This document shows positions 1 through 18,504 of a stretch of DNA of 64,000 bases, in pieces. Source of the DNA: the human T2T-CHM13v2.0 reference genome, Homo sapiens; assembly GCF_009914755.1 (NCBI RefSeq), contig NC_060930.1; one strand, written 5' to 3'. How positions within the stretch are numbered: the first letter of the stretch is position 1; the number at the start of each line of letters is the position of its first letter. Under the pieces are notes generated by a model, which made no database searches, was not told where the DNA came from, and saw nothing but the letters and a program-made list of their open reading frames with translations. The position numbers were made by a program, and so were the translations under genes.

Positions 1-188
1 TTCATGTGCTTGCTTGCCATGTGATGCCTTGCATCTCTGGCTTTGGCCATGGGATGAGCCTCACCAGATGCTGGTGCCATGCTCTTGGACTTCCCAGCCT
101 CCAGAACCCATGAGCCAAATAAACATCTTTTTAATAAATTACCCCATCTGTGATATTCCATTTAGAGCAACAGAAAATGAAATAAGAC
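1..188 (+). mobile_element. MaLR LTR (MST/MLT1A-type), 3' part
   Basis: Typical MaLR motifs 'tcaccagatgctggtgccatgctcttggacttcccagcctccagaac', an AATAAA and terminal 'aataagaca'. Confidence 0.75.
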
Positions 189-204
189 AATTTTTATGTG
201 AATT

Positions 205-350
205 CCTAATTTATCCATCCATTCACTCATCCATTCATCTGTTAATTTGTTTATTTACCATCCATTCAATTATTCATCACATACTCACTACCTGCTGCTG
301 GGCTCGGCATGGGAATAGGGAAAAAACAGTAAACATGAAACTTGCTCTTT
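205..350 (-). mobile_element. L2 3'-end fragment
   Basis: (CATT/CCAT)-rich tail followed by degenerate L2 3' motif. Confidence 0.45.
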
Positions 351-584
351 TTTCTCCTAAGGCCCAAAATGTTCCTGATGCCTACGTAGAGCTTCAGTGC
401 TTCAAAATAGCTTAGTATCTATGTTAATATTAGCGTAGTTTTCAGAGACTTCACAAAATGGAATTTTAAAATTGTTTTTATTCTTCTGTTTTTTGTCTTT
501 ATTTTTTAACTTTTTTTTTTCTGCTCCCACTTCACTGGGATTATTTTATACTCCTTTAGCAGTCCCATGTAGATGTTTCTTGGT

Positions 585-840
585 AGTCAGCCCTCCATCA
601 CAAGTGATTCAGGAATCCCAGCCCTTTCCATCTGGTGGCTTCATTCTCTAGGGCCTCAAGTTCTTTACACCTAGCTGGCTGGCAGGGGAAGAGAACATGT
701 GGAGAAACACACCCATTTCTTAACTGCCTTGGCCAGGAGTGAGATACATCATTCCGATTGCAAGTATCAGTCACATGGCTCCACTTGGAGGTAGGGAGGT
801 ACTAGGAAATACAGTCTCTTGCTGGGCAGAGACTTCCTGG
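585..840. mobile_element. Old MaLR LTR (MLT1K/L-like)
   Basis: 'gattcaggaatcccag...tttccatctggtggct' and 'agtcacatggc...aggaaatacagtc' motifs. Confidence 0.5.
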
Positions 841-1044
841 TTACAGTTCTATCACATGAGAGGACTCGTGGTGTACAATTAGCTGTCTCTGCTGCAATAC
901 CCAAAACACTTGCATGATTTTGCAGCTGTGAGTAAGATTATTTCGACATAGATAAATCACTGCTGGGATTGCTTACTTTTGTGGTCTAATACTTATATAA
1001 TACTTAAATGTTTAAGTCTTTCAGAGATTATCTTCCTCCATCTA

Positions 1045-1413
1045 ATTTTTTTTGTTTTGTTTACCTTATTTTTCTTTTTTTCTGATACAAGGTCTTGCTC
1101 TGTCACCCAGGCTGGAGTGTGCCATGGCATGATCATGGCTTACTGTAGCCTCAACCTCCCAAGTTCAAGCAATCCTCCCACCTCAGCCTCCTGAGTAGCT
1201 GGGACTACAAGCCTGTGCCACCATGCCTGACTAATTTTTAAAAATTTTTTTAGAGATGGGCGTTTCCCTGTGTTGCCCAGTTATAACATATATAACATAT
1301 GTATTATATATGTTATATAATACATATATATATAAACTCCTTGGTTCAGGCTATCTTCCCACCTAGGCCTCCCAAATTGCTGGGATTACAAGGCTGAGCT
1401 ACAGTGCGTGGCT
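1045..1413 (-). mobile_element. AluJ interrupted by an AT-rich low-complexity tract (1281-1333)
   Basis: Antisense Alu with J-type 'atcatggcttactgtagcctcaacctc' and 'caagcaatcctcccacc'. Confidence 0.85.
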
Positions 1414-1832
1414 TTTTTTTAATATAACAAAATTTATTTATTCAGTGTCTGCTAAGTGATTCTCTTTGGAGCAATGCTTAATTACAGTATAAAGTTATGA
1501 CATGACATTTGTATCCATTGGTCCTATTAATAAACATCAGTTGCAGAGTATGAAGTTTGCAGTTACAAAATCTAAGTTTTTTACTGAGTAAAACTGAAAA
1601 TGGCTAGCATTTACATAAAAATGGACAATTTTGCAAAATAGAAGTGATAATGGCACACAGTCCTAATTAGAAGGCTTACTTTCCTAAGAGCATGTGAGTG
1701 CCAGTGTATTTTCACTAGGTTTTGTCTTTTTGACATCTGCTTTTTTACAGTGCTGATGATTTCTGTTAATTTCATGAATGACACCTTTATCACATTTCAA
1801 TCTATGATCTTTTTTTTTAAAGTTTTGTCTTA

Positions 1833-2310
<478 letters not shown>

Positions 2311-2599
2311 TCAGAGAACAAGAGGTTTAAAGATGGTGAAGGCATGTGGCACATACACAGGTTGGCTGTTTCAGAGGGACAGTGACCTGGCCATTGTCTC
2401 TGGTCCTCCGGCCTCACTGTGTTGGCTGTGTCCTCTCACGGCCACAAGGTGGCAGCAGCAGCCGCGGGCACCGCAGCCTTCCTGGAGGAGCGGTTCTCCG
2501 ACTCAGGACTACTTCCTTATCACAGGCTTAAAAACCAAGACGCCAAAGAGCTTTAAAAAAAAATAAAAAAATAAAAAAATTAAAAAATATATATATATA

Positions 2600-3085
2600 T
2601 AAAATACATATATGTAATGTTAATCAATATTTACCATTTTATAAATAATAAACTGAAAATTTTAAAATATTGATTTATTATTTAAAAAATAATAAATCTA
2701 TTACGTTAACATACACCATACATTTTTATGACAAAAATAACTATAAAAAATTTATATAACTATATAAACTTATACAAATAAATTTATATAACTATATAAA
2801 CTTATACAAATAAATTTATATAACTATTAAAAATTATTAAAAAACTATATAAAAAATTTAGTGAGAAGGTGGCACTGTTTTACATTTTTACATGTCTTTG
2901 ATGTGGGCTCCAGTGAGGACAGGCGGTTTCTCCTATCTGCTTCTCATGCAATCTGTTGTACATTGCACATCATCACATAGCCTCTGGAAGAGTTCAGCGT
3001 ACACTCGCAAGAGGTGAGAGTGGAAATGACATCTTACTATTATTATGAAAACGATTTGACCCAAAGACCCCCTGAAAGGGAGAGT
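2600..3085. mobile_element. hAT-Charlie-type DNA transposon fragment
   Basis: 'tagtgagaaggtggcactgttttacatttttaca' and 'tattattatgaaaacgatttgacc...ccccctgaaaggg' resemble Charlie1. Confidence 0.55.
2749..2827. repeat. AT-rich tandem repeat, 32-bp unit, about 2.5 copies
   Basis: AATTTATATAACTATATAAACTTATACAAATA at 2749 and 2781, partial copy at 2813. Confidence 0.85.
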
Positions 3086-3115
3086 CCTTATGCCTCTTTC
3101 AAAAGCTAAGAAACG

Positions 3116-3432
3116 GGCTGGGCTCAGGGGCTCATGCCTGTAATCCCAGCACTCTGGGAGGCCGAGGTGGGTGGATTACTTGAGGTCAGGAGTTCGAGAC
3201 CAGCCTGGCCAACATGGTGAAACCCCATTTCTAGTCTCTACTAAAAATACAAAATTAGCCGGGCGTGGTTGCATGTGCCTGTAATCCCAGCTACTCAGGA
3301 GGCTGAGGCAGGAGAATCGCTTGAACTTGGGAGGCAGAGGTTACAGTGAGCTGAGATTGCACCACTGCCCTCCAGCCTGGGTGACAAAGCTAGACTCCAT
3401 CTGAAAAAAAAAATACATAAAATTAAAAAAAT
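3116..3432 (+). mobile_element. AluS with TSD
   Basis: Dimeric Alu; TSD aa(a/g)gctaagaaacgg on both sides. Confidence 0.9.
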
Positions 3433-3559
3433 AAAGGCTAAGAAACGGTTTCTGAAAGGCTTTCCCAGTACGGTACCCCCCCCGAGCGTAACTGACCAGA
3501 ACTGGATCATTTGCCTGTTTCTAAGGAAAGAGAATAGCATTGGCAGGATTTGCTTATAC

Positions 3560-3750
3560 CAATGGCTCTCAAACTTGGTGTGCATCAGAATCACCTGTGG
3601 AGTGTGTTAAACCACGGACTGTTCAGGCCCCCAACAGCAGGGCTCTCATTCAGGAAGTTTGGCATGGAGCCTGAAAATGTCCATTTTTAACAATCCCCAT
3701 GACTGCTTCTGCTGCTGGGCCAGGGACCACATGGTGGGAACCACTGGCAC
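3560..3750. mobile_element. MER5A-type DNA transposon
   Basis: 'ctctcaaactt...tgcatcagaatcacctg...catttttaacaa...ggaccaca...gggaaccactg'. Confidence 0.7.
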
Positions 3751-4077
3751 AGCCCAATCAGGATGTGGGGATGTGGCCAGGCTTCCTGGAGTGGACTGTG
3801 ATATGGATACACGCGGATATCTTAATAAACTAGGGTTCATTAGCAAGCAAGTCGGGAGAATGGCTGCGGGTACAACCAACAGTATTTGCTATCCTTATAT
3901 TCTCAGAAAATTTATGGTGGACTCCTCCAAAATAAATGCTTGAACAATGGTCCTGTTAGTGACTTTTTACTGGTTATCAAGTATATCTTGGATTCACGGT
4001 CAAGGGAAGAAAAGGGTGGGGGAGGGCGAAAGGGAAAAAAAGGAAAGCATGGCATTGAGATAGAAATTTAACTTTAG

Positions 4078-4954
<877 letters not shown>

Positions 4955-5453
4955 TAAAAAAATGTTTTCAAGATACTTCTTATGGGAGGTTGATATAAAT
5001 ATTCCAAACTACAGCAAAATCATGGGTCAGAAAAGAGCCCTATATATATTTATATGAGTGAATTTAAAGAGCTACAGGGCTTTTGAGTTGGGAAGGGTCA
5101 GGGAACAATGCCCCCTGCCCATTTCATAGACTCTGAAATGGAGGCTGGAGAGATGTAGTGGTGTGCCCAGGTGGCGGCACAGATGAGAACCCAGGCCATG
5201 TGACCGTCTATTCTTCAGAAGTCTCAGTTAGTTCTTCCAAGTGGTGGTGAACACAAACACAAAACCAGATAGAACAGATTCTACACGACAGATAAGACCA
5301 AAGCATTTAAGGGGATCACTATTTGAGAGAAGTCACGTCCAGTGAATGATGCTTCAGCTATAGTAGTCTTCAGGCTCAGATGTGACAACCCTCGGCTGCC
5401 AGCTCCACGGCTCTCCCACCCAGCAGCTCTGCAGAAGGCAGCCAGCTTCCTGA

Positions 5454-6502
<1,049 letters not shown>

Positions 6503-6535
6503 TGAACTGTCCACCATCCTGCTTAAAGAAAGTGT

Positions 6536-7070
<535 letters not shown>

Positions 7071-7649
7071 AAATGTGTACCCAACGATGTGCATCTACTG
7101 AGAGTCTGCTCAGAATTCAGGGCCCTAAAGGACCACCTCAGCAATGAAAGGATCGGGAGGAAGGAGAGTGGCGCTTCAAGTGTGTACAAAGTACCGCAGC
7201 CCGCTCACCTCTTCCCTTCTCCCGAATGGGGGAAGCAGACAAGGACAAAAGCTCTCTTTTCTTGTAAGCCATCTTCTCCTTTCCAGAGTGAACCAAGCAG
7301 GCCTTTTGGTTCTAGATCTTGGTCCAGGTATTACTTTGCTCTGGGAGGCTCTGAGCAGGCTGGGAAGGGGACGAGTTAGCTGATTAGAGCCTCGAGCCTT
7401 TAAGGCAGAGGGTGAGTAGGACCCCGGGTTGCATTCTGTGTGTCCAGGCCAGGCCATCAGAGTCAAAAGATAGAAGTGGGTGGGCTAAGGCTACTTTGCA
7501 AGGCCACACACCTCCCTGGCGACTGCCCTAGCAGAGGCCCTTCCTTTTCTGATCCAAAGCCCCTTCATAGGTTCCCACACACTTGTTCTCATTTGGACAC
7601 TGCCTGGTTTAAAGTAGAAGCTCAATAAATAATCAAAAGGGAACAACCG

Positions 7650-8035
<386 letters not shown>

Positions 8036-9261
8036 TTAAACATTCTTATTTTCTTCTTCAGGTGTTTATAAAACTGTATGACATTGTAAGACAGCTTCTG
8101 GAGTCCTCACCATCCTGGCCACCCTCAAAGGATGTGCTGCAACTCATCACTGTTTCTTCACGTGTGGCTGTGGTGGCCTCCAGAACTGCAGGACAGTCTG
8201 CAGGTGGCATGGCTGAGCGGAGCACAGCGGGGCTACGGCGTTTCACCTGGTGCCGGACGCTGGGTTTCCAGTGATGAAGCCTCAGCTGGTGCTGGCATTT
8301 TTGGCTCTCAGGACACCTCGAAAGGGGAGGGGCTTGCATCTTATTCTTCAAAAGCTCTGACTCCTCTGCCATCTCCTTATGTCCAGGATCCAGTTTCCCT
8401 ATCCCTGTGCTGAGTGTCTTGGTGGCTGAAGGGCTTGAGACAGCAGAAACTTTGGACTCTGAGTTACGTCGCAGCCAAGAAGGAGGGGAGTTGCCCAGCA
8501 GGCTGCTTGGTGACAGGGAGGCAGGGAAGAGGCCTGCAAGAAGAGCTGCTGGAGCTTCATTGTCTGGATGTCTTAGAGGAACATGATGGCCAAGGAGGGG
8601 TGCAAAGAAGTGTGGAGAGAAGGGAAGGGAACAGAGGCCAACCCAGGTGCCTGGCTGGCTGTGACTATGGATCCCTTGTGCCCCCAGGCCCAGCCTTAGG
8701 GTAGGACAGTGGTGATTAACCACCGCCAGGAGCACAGCCACGTTTTAATAAGTGGTCAAGATACACTGTTACCAGAATGCCTATCAGATTCAGTTGGGCT
8801 CTGAGCTCACTGTGTGACCCAAGGCAGATGCAAAGCAAAGTTATTTGAAGAGTAACTTTCAAAGAAAGGTCACGTATCTCAGAACTTTTGGGAGCTTGGT
8901 CAGGGTAGTAAGAAGCTTTTCCCAAACTTGACTCTAGAGCTACAGGCCCACCAGCTGACAGTCACGATCACGAATGCCACATGAGGGATGCTGTTTCTTA
9001 CAGCAATTATCATTTTGCAATTATTATGCGGTTTTAATTTCTTCAAGTGTGTTGCCAAAATCTACTGTTTAAAAGTATTTAAACACAACAAAATGGGACT
9101 AATTGGACGTGTGGGATTTCAAAGGACAGTGGAAGGGTCCCCATTACCAGATCTCCCTCCTAATGGCTCCCAAATGCCACAGATTTCTAAATAAGCAGCA
9201 ACATTTTTCATTTCACAATTAGAAAGGATTTTAGAGAAGCATAAAATGCAGGCCTCCCAAA

Positions 9262-10848
<1,587 letters not shown>

Positions 10849-11364
10849 TGAGGGAGATATTGTTTTTTGAATGTATGGCTAAAGACACAGCATTTGGAAT
10901 ATTGTTCTTGTTTGTCACTTGTTAGTAAGTGGTAGAACCAGGACTTCAGTGAAGATATTTGCTCCAAAGACATTCGCAAAACCACTGACACTGTGCAAAA
11001 TGACACAGGCAGAAAACAAACTTGAGGGACTTCTCAGTTTTGCTGACAGTTGGGTGTATTTGTACCCAAGAGTGCTGGATAAGAGAGAGTTTATACCTGT
11101 GGGCCTTATGGAAAACTATGGTATTATTAGAAGAGTAGTTTCAAGGTTTGTATTTTTTTTTTCATTTTGCAGAAGCAAGAACACCTGTATCATTCAGTCT
11201 TGATGGTATTTGTTGTATCATTTTTATACTGTTACATAGATTGTATTTATTAAGTCAAGAAAGTTCATCTTTAATCCTTCTTCTCTTTAGTCTGACAGCA
11301 AGGGTCAAAATTTCCATAATTTGCTCCAGGCCAGGGCCAAGCAAATGAATGCTGATCCCTGATC

Positions 11365-11388
11365 CGTGTGTGTGTGCGCGCGCGCGCA
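11365..11388. repeat. (TG)n(CG)n alternating purine-pyrimidine tract
   Basis: cgtgtgtgtgtgcgcgcgcgcgca. Confidence 0.85.
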
Positions 11389-11426
11389 AGAGAGAAAGGG
11401 TTTAAAAAATGTTATGTATATATTTT

Positions 11427-12640
<1,214 letters not shown>

Positions 12641-13533
12641 AGTATTCATGGAATTTCAGAATTTAACAAACTCGGTCCAACTTTTTTTTTGACAAAATTC
12701 ACAGAATCAGTAATTCTTAAGTCTGAAACGGATTCGAAAACTTTTGCAGACAGGCAAAACAGAAAACAACGCTGAGCCCTTGCGGAAGAGTGGCTGCTAT
12801 TCCTAACTATATGGGGCCTCTAATGCTTCAAATCAAGGAAAAAAGAATGCTTTTTTTTTTAAACTACACGTGTGAAGAGTCACACAATCAGCTATGCTAT
12901 TTCTTTGCACAAGCTGGAAAAAGAAGAGATTATCAAGTTTCGTTGTTAGCAGGACATCCATCAAATTTAACAGGAGGGGGAAGGCTGTGAATTGTTCTTC
13001 CCTGAGTTAAAATGACGCTATCCGGTCCTTTCTCCATGGACAACTGAAGAAGAGATCCTCTGGGATGTTACCATCGCGGCCACTCGGGTGACCGTTTTCC
13101 CGGGGAGCTGCGCGGGTCGGTGGTGCCAGCGCTTCTGTGCTCCCGGCGGCTTTCCCTGTAAGACATAATGGGACTGGGACGTCCACTTCCGGCTCAAACG
13201 AAGTTCAGACGGCGCGCAAGCCGCGCGGTGCCCGGGTGCTGAGGCCGTCCCGAGCCAGGAGACTGGAGGCCTAGGCCCGGCACTGTGGGCATCTTGGGCA
13301 CCGTGGCGCGGTGCGGGCCGGGGGCGGGGGTCTCCCGGGGTGGCGACGCCGGGGGTGCGAGCAGGTGGCCCGGGCAGGCGGCGGCTCCGGTGGCGGGCGG
13401 CGCGGCGGCCCGCGGGGTGGCGTTGGGGACGCGAGCCCTGGGCCGGGGAGGGAGGGCGGCCGGGGGGCGCCAACGGCCGGCGGTGGGGGCCGGGGCGGTA
13501 GCGCCGGCCGGGGAGGCGCCGCTCGCCGCGCCG

Positions 13534-13559
13534 GGTCACGTGGCGCGGTCACGTGGCGC
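13534..13559. promoter_or_regulatory. Direct repeat of two E-boxes (GGTCACGTGGCGC x2), USF/MiT-TFE CLEAR-like
   Basis: CACGTG at 13537-13542 and 13550-13555, each preceded by GT. Confidence 0.75.
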
Positions 13560-13560
13560 G

Positions 13561-13704
13561 CAGCCGGGCCGGCGGCGGCGGCGGTGAAGGGAGGCGGAGA
13601 CTCGGCCGAGACGCGGGGGGAGGCGGCGGCGGCGGCGATGCGGGGCTGCTGGAGGCGGAGAGGCACGGAGGAGCCGCTGGGGCTGCCGCCACGGCCGCCC
13701 GGAG
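13561..13704 (+). other. TULP4: Putative first (5'UTR) exon of the host gene; start approximate
   Basis: GGC-repeat-rich leader just after the E-boxes, ending in strong donor GAG|GTGAGC (intron starts 13705). Confidence 0.65.
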
Positions 13705-16244
13705 GTGAGCGGGCGCGGGGCCACTGTCGCCGCCGCGCAGTCCCGCGGGAGGGGGCGCCGGCCCGAGCGTCGTCCCTGCCCCGCCGGGCGTGTGTGCCCC
13801 TGCGGTGGGCCCCGGGGTCTGCGCGGCGGGCTTGGTGGGCGCGGCGGGCGGGGGTCGGGGCGGTGGCTGCGGGAGTCTTGGGAGGGGGCGGCGCAAGGGG
13901 GCGTCTGACCCGGGCCCGGCGGCCGTGGCCGCTGCTTGGCTGTGGGAGCCTTTTGTCTCCGCGTGTGAGAAAATGGGGCGAAAGCTGAGCGCGGGGCGTG
14001 CGTGCGTGTGGGGTGGTGCGTGTGGTGTGTGTGTGAGATCGGGAGGCGTTTGGCTTGGAGCCATTTTTTTTTCTTAATTGTGGAGACAGAAAATCCCTGA
14101 AAACGGTTTCCCCAGGGAGACTGGGCTGCGCTCCTCCTCTTCCTCCCCGGCGTCGGGCCCGAGCGGCTTCCCCGGCCGCGCCGCCACCTCCCCTGCCCGG
14201 CCAGTCTCCCCAGCCCGCCTGCCCCACCTTCCGCGAAGCCCCCGGGCGAGCCGGGTGACTGCAGAGCGGGCCGGGTCACCTGTCGTGGCAGCTGCATGGA
14301 AATCCCGGCGCTTCTGCTGTCTGGAGTCTGTGCTGTTTCCTCTGGCAAATCACGGAGATTCTGCTCCGAGCACCAACCTTTCCTCTTTGCCATGCGCTCC
14401 ACAACGCAGAGCAGGACGCCGATTCCGAAGTTTGACCCGCTTGGGGCAATTAGCTGGGAGGTGTCTACTTCTTCCTGTGGCGACACCGCTTCAGGGATGG
14501 GAAGGTGAGGGTGGTCTGGCTTTGTGGAAGGAAACGAGGGTGACACAGCCCTCTCCGAGGTTGAGGTCCGTTAGGGTCCTAATTCCTTCTACCTGCTGAA
14601 CTGCCCTTGTCATCAGAAAGTCTCTTAAGACTTTCCTGTCGGGGATAATCAGCTCCCCTCGCCAGGAACTGTCTCCTGGATCTCTTTGGGGTCTCCCCCA
14701 CGCCCTTTTGTTTTACAGTAGTTCAGCACCTTAAGGATATCCTTTAAGTCATTGCAATAGGCAGGTTTATGAAAAAGCACAGAGGAAGTTATTTCTAAGG
14801 TTTTGAAGGACGTAAAAACCCGTTGCAGGTGTGGGTGTGGGTCCCTTCCTTTGTGCCTCTTCCTCCGTGTCTGGGTTCTCCATTTCTTAGTTGAAGTTCT
14901 TGCAGACAAACCCGCTGGGAATGGTGCGGTGGTCCTGGAAAGTTCTCCCCGGGCTCCGCAGCGCCAGATTGCTGGGGTGTGAGGTTGTGATGGATGAGAA
15001 GTGACAGGGCACCTTGCACATAGCCACACTGCAATCCAGAGAGGCCATGGGCACACTCATCTCGCGTTGTGCAGTGATAGCCATATTCTGAATGGGAGAG
15101 TCACAAGTGTCCTGTCTTCTAGTGAAGTCCTTGATAGGTAACTGGCATGGAAGTGATGATATGAATAAATTGTGAATAGCTAAATTTGATGTTTAGTTCT
15201 TCAGTTTAAAGAATAGTACTTAATTTGTGTGAAAGTTGTTAGACGATGTGGATTTCCTTTAAGAATTTTAAGAGCTCTATATTAGGGCTGTGGAAGTAGC
15301 AGGTTTATTTATTTATTTTTGGTTTTGTTTTTTACATGATGTGGGGAGGTGTTGGCTTCCGGAGTTAAAGTCCGTAGTGCTGAATTAGAGGGAGGAATAT
15401 GGAGAAAAATGTTTTCAACACAATGGAACTTTCATACATGGAAGATGATTAGGAAGTCATGATTGCTTCCTGTGGTTGAGAAATACGAACTTTATGCATT
15501 TACTATTGTTTATTTTAAAATAATGTCCTCTTCATTTAGAAAGAGTTTGTGTGTATAAATCATATTTATCTTTCAGCCTTGCATATGGAGCTCTAAGAGT
15601 GGCAGTTTGGTTATTCACAGTTTTTTACCTACCAAAACTCTGAATAGAAAAAGATGTTTAACCCATAAAGCAATGTGTGGTACCTGAAGCCTGTTTTAAA
15701 TGGAATCATCCAACATTGATGCTGAGATGGCGAGTAATGAAAGAAGGGTCAAGAGACAGCAGCCTTCCTTCAGGCCAAATTTCAGCCCTCTCACTGGATA
15801 GTTTATAGGACAGTGGGAAGCCCAGGTTTTCTTTTTGATTTTGCTATAGATTCCAGTATCTGAATTCAGGAAGGTTTGTGGAGTGGCTACCATGTGCATG
15901 GCTAAGCTAGGTCGGAATTTTTATTCATCTGTTCTACTCATTTGCAACATCAATTAACAATCTCCTGGAGAGAGTGAAGATAGAGTGGCTCAACTATGCA
16001 TGTGATTTGTAAAATGCATTTAAAAACTGAGTACAACCTCTTATGAAATGCTGTGATTTAGTTACTGCATGGGTTTCTGTTTAGCATTCTGTGCAGCATT
16101 TCAATATTACCAAAAGCCTTACAGAAATTGTACATTTGTCTTTAGTGAGACTTCATGGAATATGTAATTAAAATGTCAAATGTCTTTTAATTTGGCTGAG
16201 ATAATGTTAATTTAGTTACTAAATTGTAACATACTAAACATACT

Positions 16245-17120
16245 AATTTTTTGTGGTAAAATGTACATACCATAAAATTTATCATCCTGGCTGGGTGTGG
16301 TGGCTCCCGCCTATAATCCCAGTACTTTGGGAGGCTGGGGCAGATGGATCCCTTTAGGCCAGGAGTTCGAGACCAGCCTGGCCAACATGGTGAAACCCTG
16401 TCTCTACTAAAAATACAAAAATTAACCAGTTGCTGTGGCACACACCTGTAATCCCAGCTACCTGAGAGGCAGAGGCAAAAGAATTGCTTGAACCCGGGAG
16501 GCTGAGGTTGCTGTAAGGTTGCAGTGAGCAGAGGTTGCACCACTGCACTCCAGCCTGGGTGACACAGCGAAACTCTGTCTCAAAGAAAAAAAAAAAAAAC
16601 TTAAATTTTCAGTGTACAGTTCAGTAGCATTAAGTATATTCACGTTGTCATGCAACTATCACTTCTGTCCAGAACTTTGTTCAGATTCCCAAACTGAAAC
16701 TCCAGACCTGTTAAACCCCAACTCTTTCTTTTCCCCTCCCTGCAGCCCCTGGAAACCACCCCTCTATTTTCTATCTCTATGAATTTGACTACTCTAGGTA
16801 CCTCATGTAAGTGCAATCACACAGTATTTGCCCTTTCATGACTGGCTTATTTCACTTAGCGTGATATCCTCAGGGTTCATCCATGTTATAGCATGTGTCA
16901 GCATTTGCATCCTTTTGTTCTTGCTGTTGTTTCTAGAGACAAGGTCTCACTATGTTGCCCAGGCTGGTCTTGAACTCTTGGGCTCAAGCAGTCCTCCCAG
17001 CTAGGCCTCCCGAAGTGCTTGGTTTACAGGCATGAGCCACCACGCCCAGCCGAATTCCTGTCCTTCTAAAAACTGAATAATATTCCATTGTATGTATATA
17101 CCACATTTTGTTGATAAACG
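16245..17120 (-). mobile_element. L1MB-type 3' end, interrupted by AluS (+, 16288-16598) and an Alu monomer (-, 16925-17050)
   Basis: 'gaatttgactactctaggtacctcatgtaagt...tggcttatttcacttagc...gttcatccatgtt...aatattccattgtatgtatataccacattttg'. Confidence 0.8.
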
Positions 17121-17519
17121 TTCTAGATTTTTGTATACTAAATGTTAGTAACTGTGGTACTTCATGATGATCAGGAACCTTGTATTTGACCTTAGTGAAA
17201 AGACCACGAGGCAATGATCAGGAACTCTGATTAGAAGTTATAGAACACTTATTTTATTAAAACAAATTAAATTAATTAAATTAGTTAAAACAAATTCGTT
17301 ATTGTTTAATGCATAGAAACTCTTTAAAATGAGGACCCATGGGGGATAAAACCAGTACGTGTGTTAAATCCTTGCTGGGTCCTATCACTTCCCTTCTATA
17401 TGGATGATGACATTCCAGCACATCTTCCTGAAATTGCGGCTGATGCAGATGTTGTTTTTATTTCCCAGCTAATGTTGTAGTGGTGGTATATTTTGCTGAA
17501 TGGAAAGGTATATTCATTT

Positions 17520-17837
17520 ATAGGGCTCCTTTAAAATTCAATAAATCTTAAAGGGAAATGTAGGTAAATGTTAATAGAATTCCAGTATGGGAAAAGTCTT
17601 TCTAAGCTTAACACCAAATGGAAACCTATAAAGTAAAAGATTTGACAGCAGTTTTTACAGCATATGTTATTTTCAGTGTCTGTATAGTGAAGAATGGCAT
17701 GAGCAAAAAGACAAATGACAAACTGGAAAAATATGTGCAACATATATTAAACATCTCAATTTATATAGACCCTTAAAAATCAATAAGAAAAAGATGAACA
17801 GTTCATTAGAAAAATGGGCTAAGGACATGAGCAGATC
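17520..17837 (+). mobile_element. Old L1 (L1ME-like) ORF2/3' fragment; resumes at ~24853
   Basis: 'agacaaatgacaaactggaaaaatat...aatcaataagaaaaaga...agaaaaatgggctaaggacatgagcaga'. Confidence 0.6.
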
Positions 17838-18161
17838 TTTTTTTCTTTACATTTCAACTATTTATCATGGAATTCTTTTTTTTCTTGTGGCCATTCATTT
17901 AATTAAGTGAAGAACATCAGTGTATTAAGAAAGTTCCTCTTTATCACATGATATTTCTAAGCAGATATTTTGGAATGCTCAGAAGATTCCACTTTCAGTC
18001 ACCTAAGGCCTCCTAAGACATAATTTAAAGTGGAACTTGAACAGAAAGAAGTGTCTTCAGACTCTAGCTGAAATAGTAGAAGTAGTTTCTGTTTAAATCC
18101 TGGAAAACCTTAGATAAGGTTTGTGAAGCTGAAAAAAGATCAAATCAGCACACCCAGATAA

Positions 18162-18504
<343 letters not shown>

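Larger units (their letters stand above)
13060..14330 (+). promoter_or_regulatory. TULP4: CpG island / TATA-less promoter of the host gene (probably TULP4)
   Basis: Very high GC and CpG density, non-repetitive; ETS CACTTCCGG 13184-13192, GC box 13321-13329, tandem E-boxes 13534-13559, YY1-like GCCATTTT 14060-14067. CpG island is seen directly; the gene name is from recall that SRP72P2 lies in the first TULP4 intron. Confidence 0.75.

Noticed and set aside
13018-14599. Long Pro/Arg/Gly/Ala-rich ORFs on both strands (up to 336 aa)
   Set aside because: Stop codons are scarce in a CpG island; the frames overlap, have no recognisable domain and run across a splice donor.
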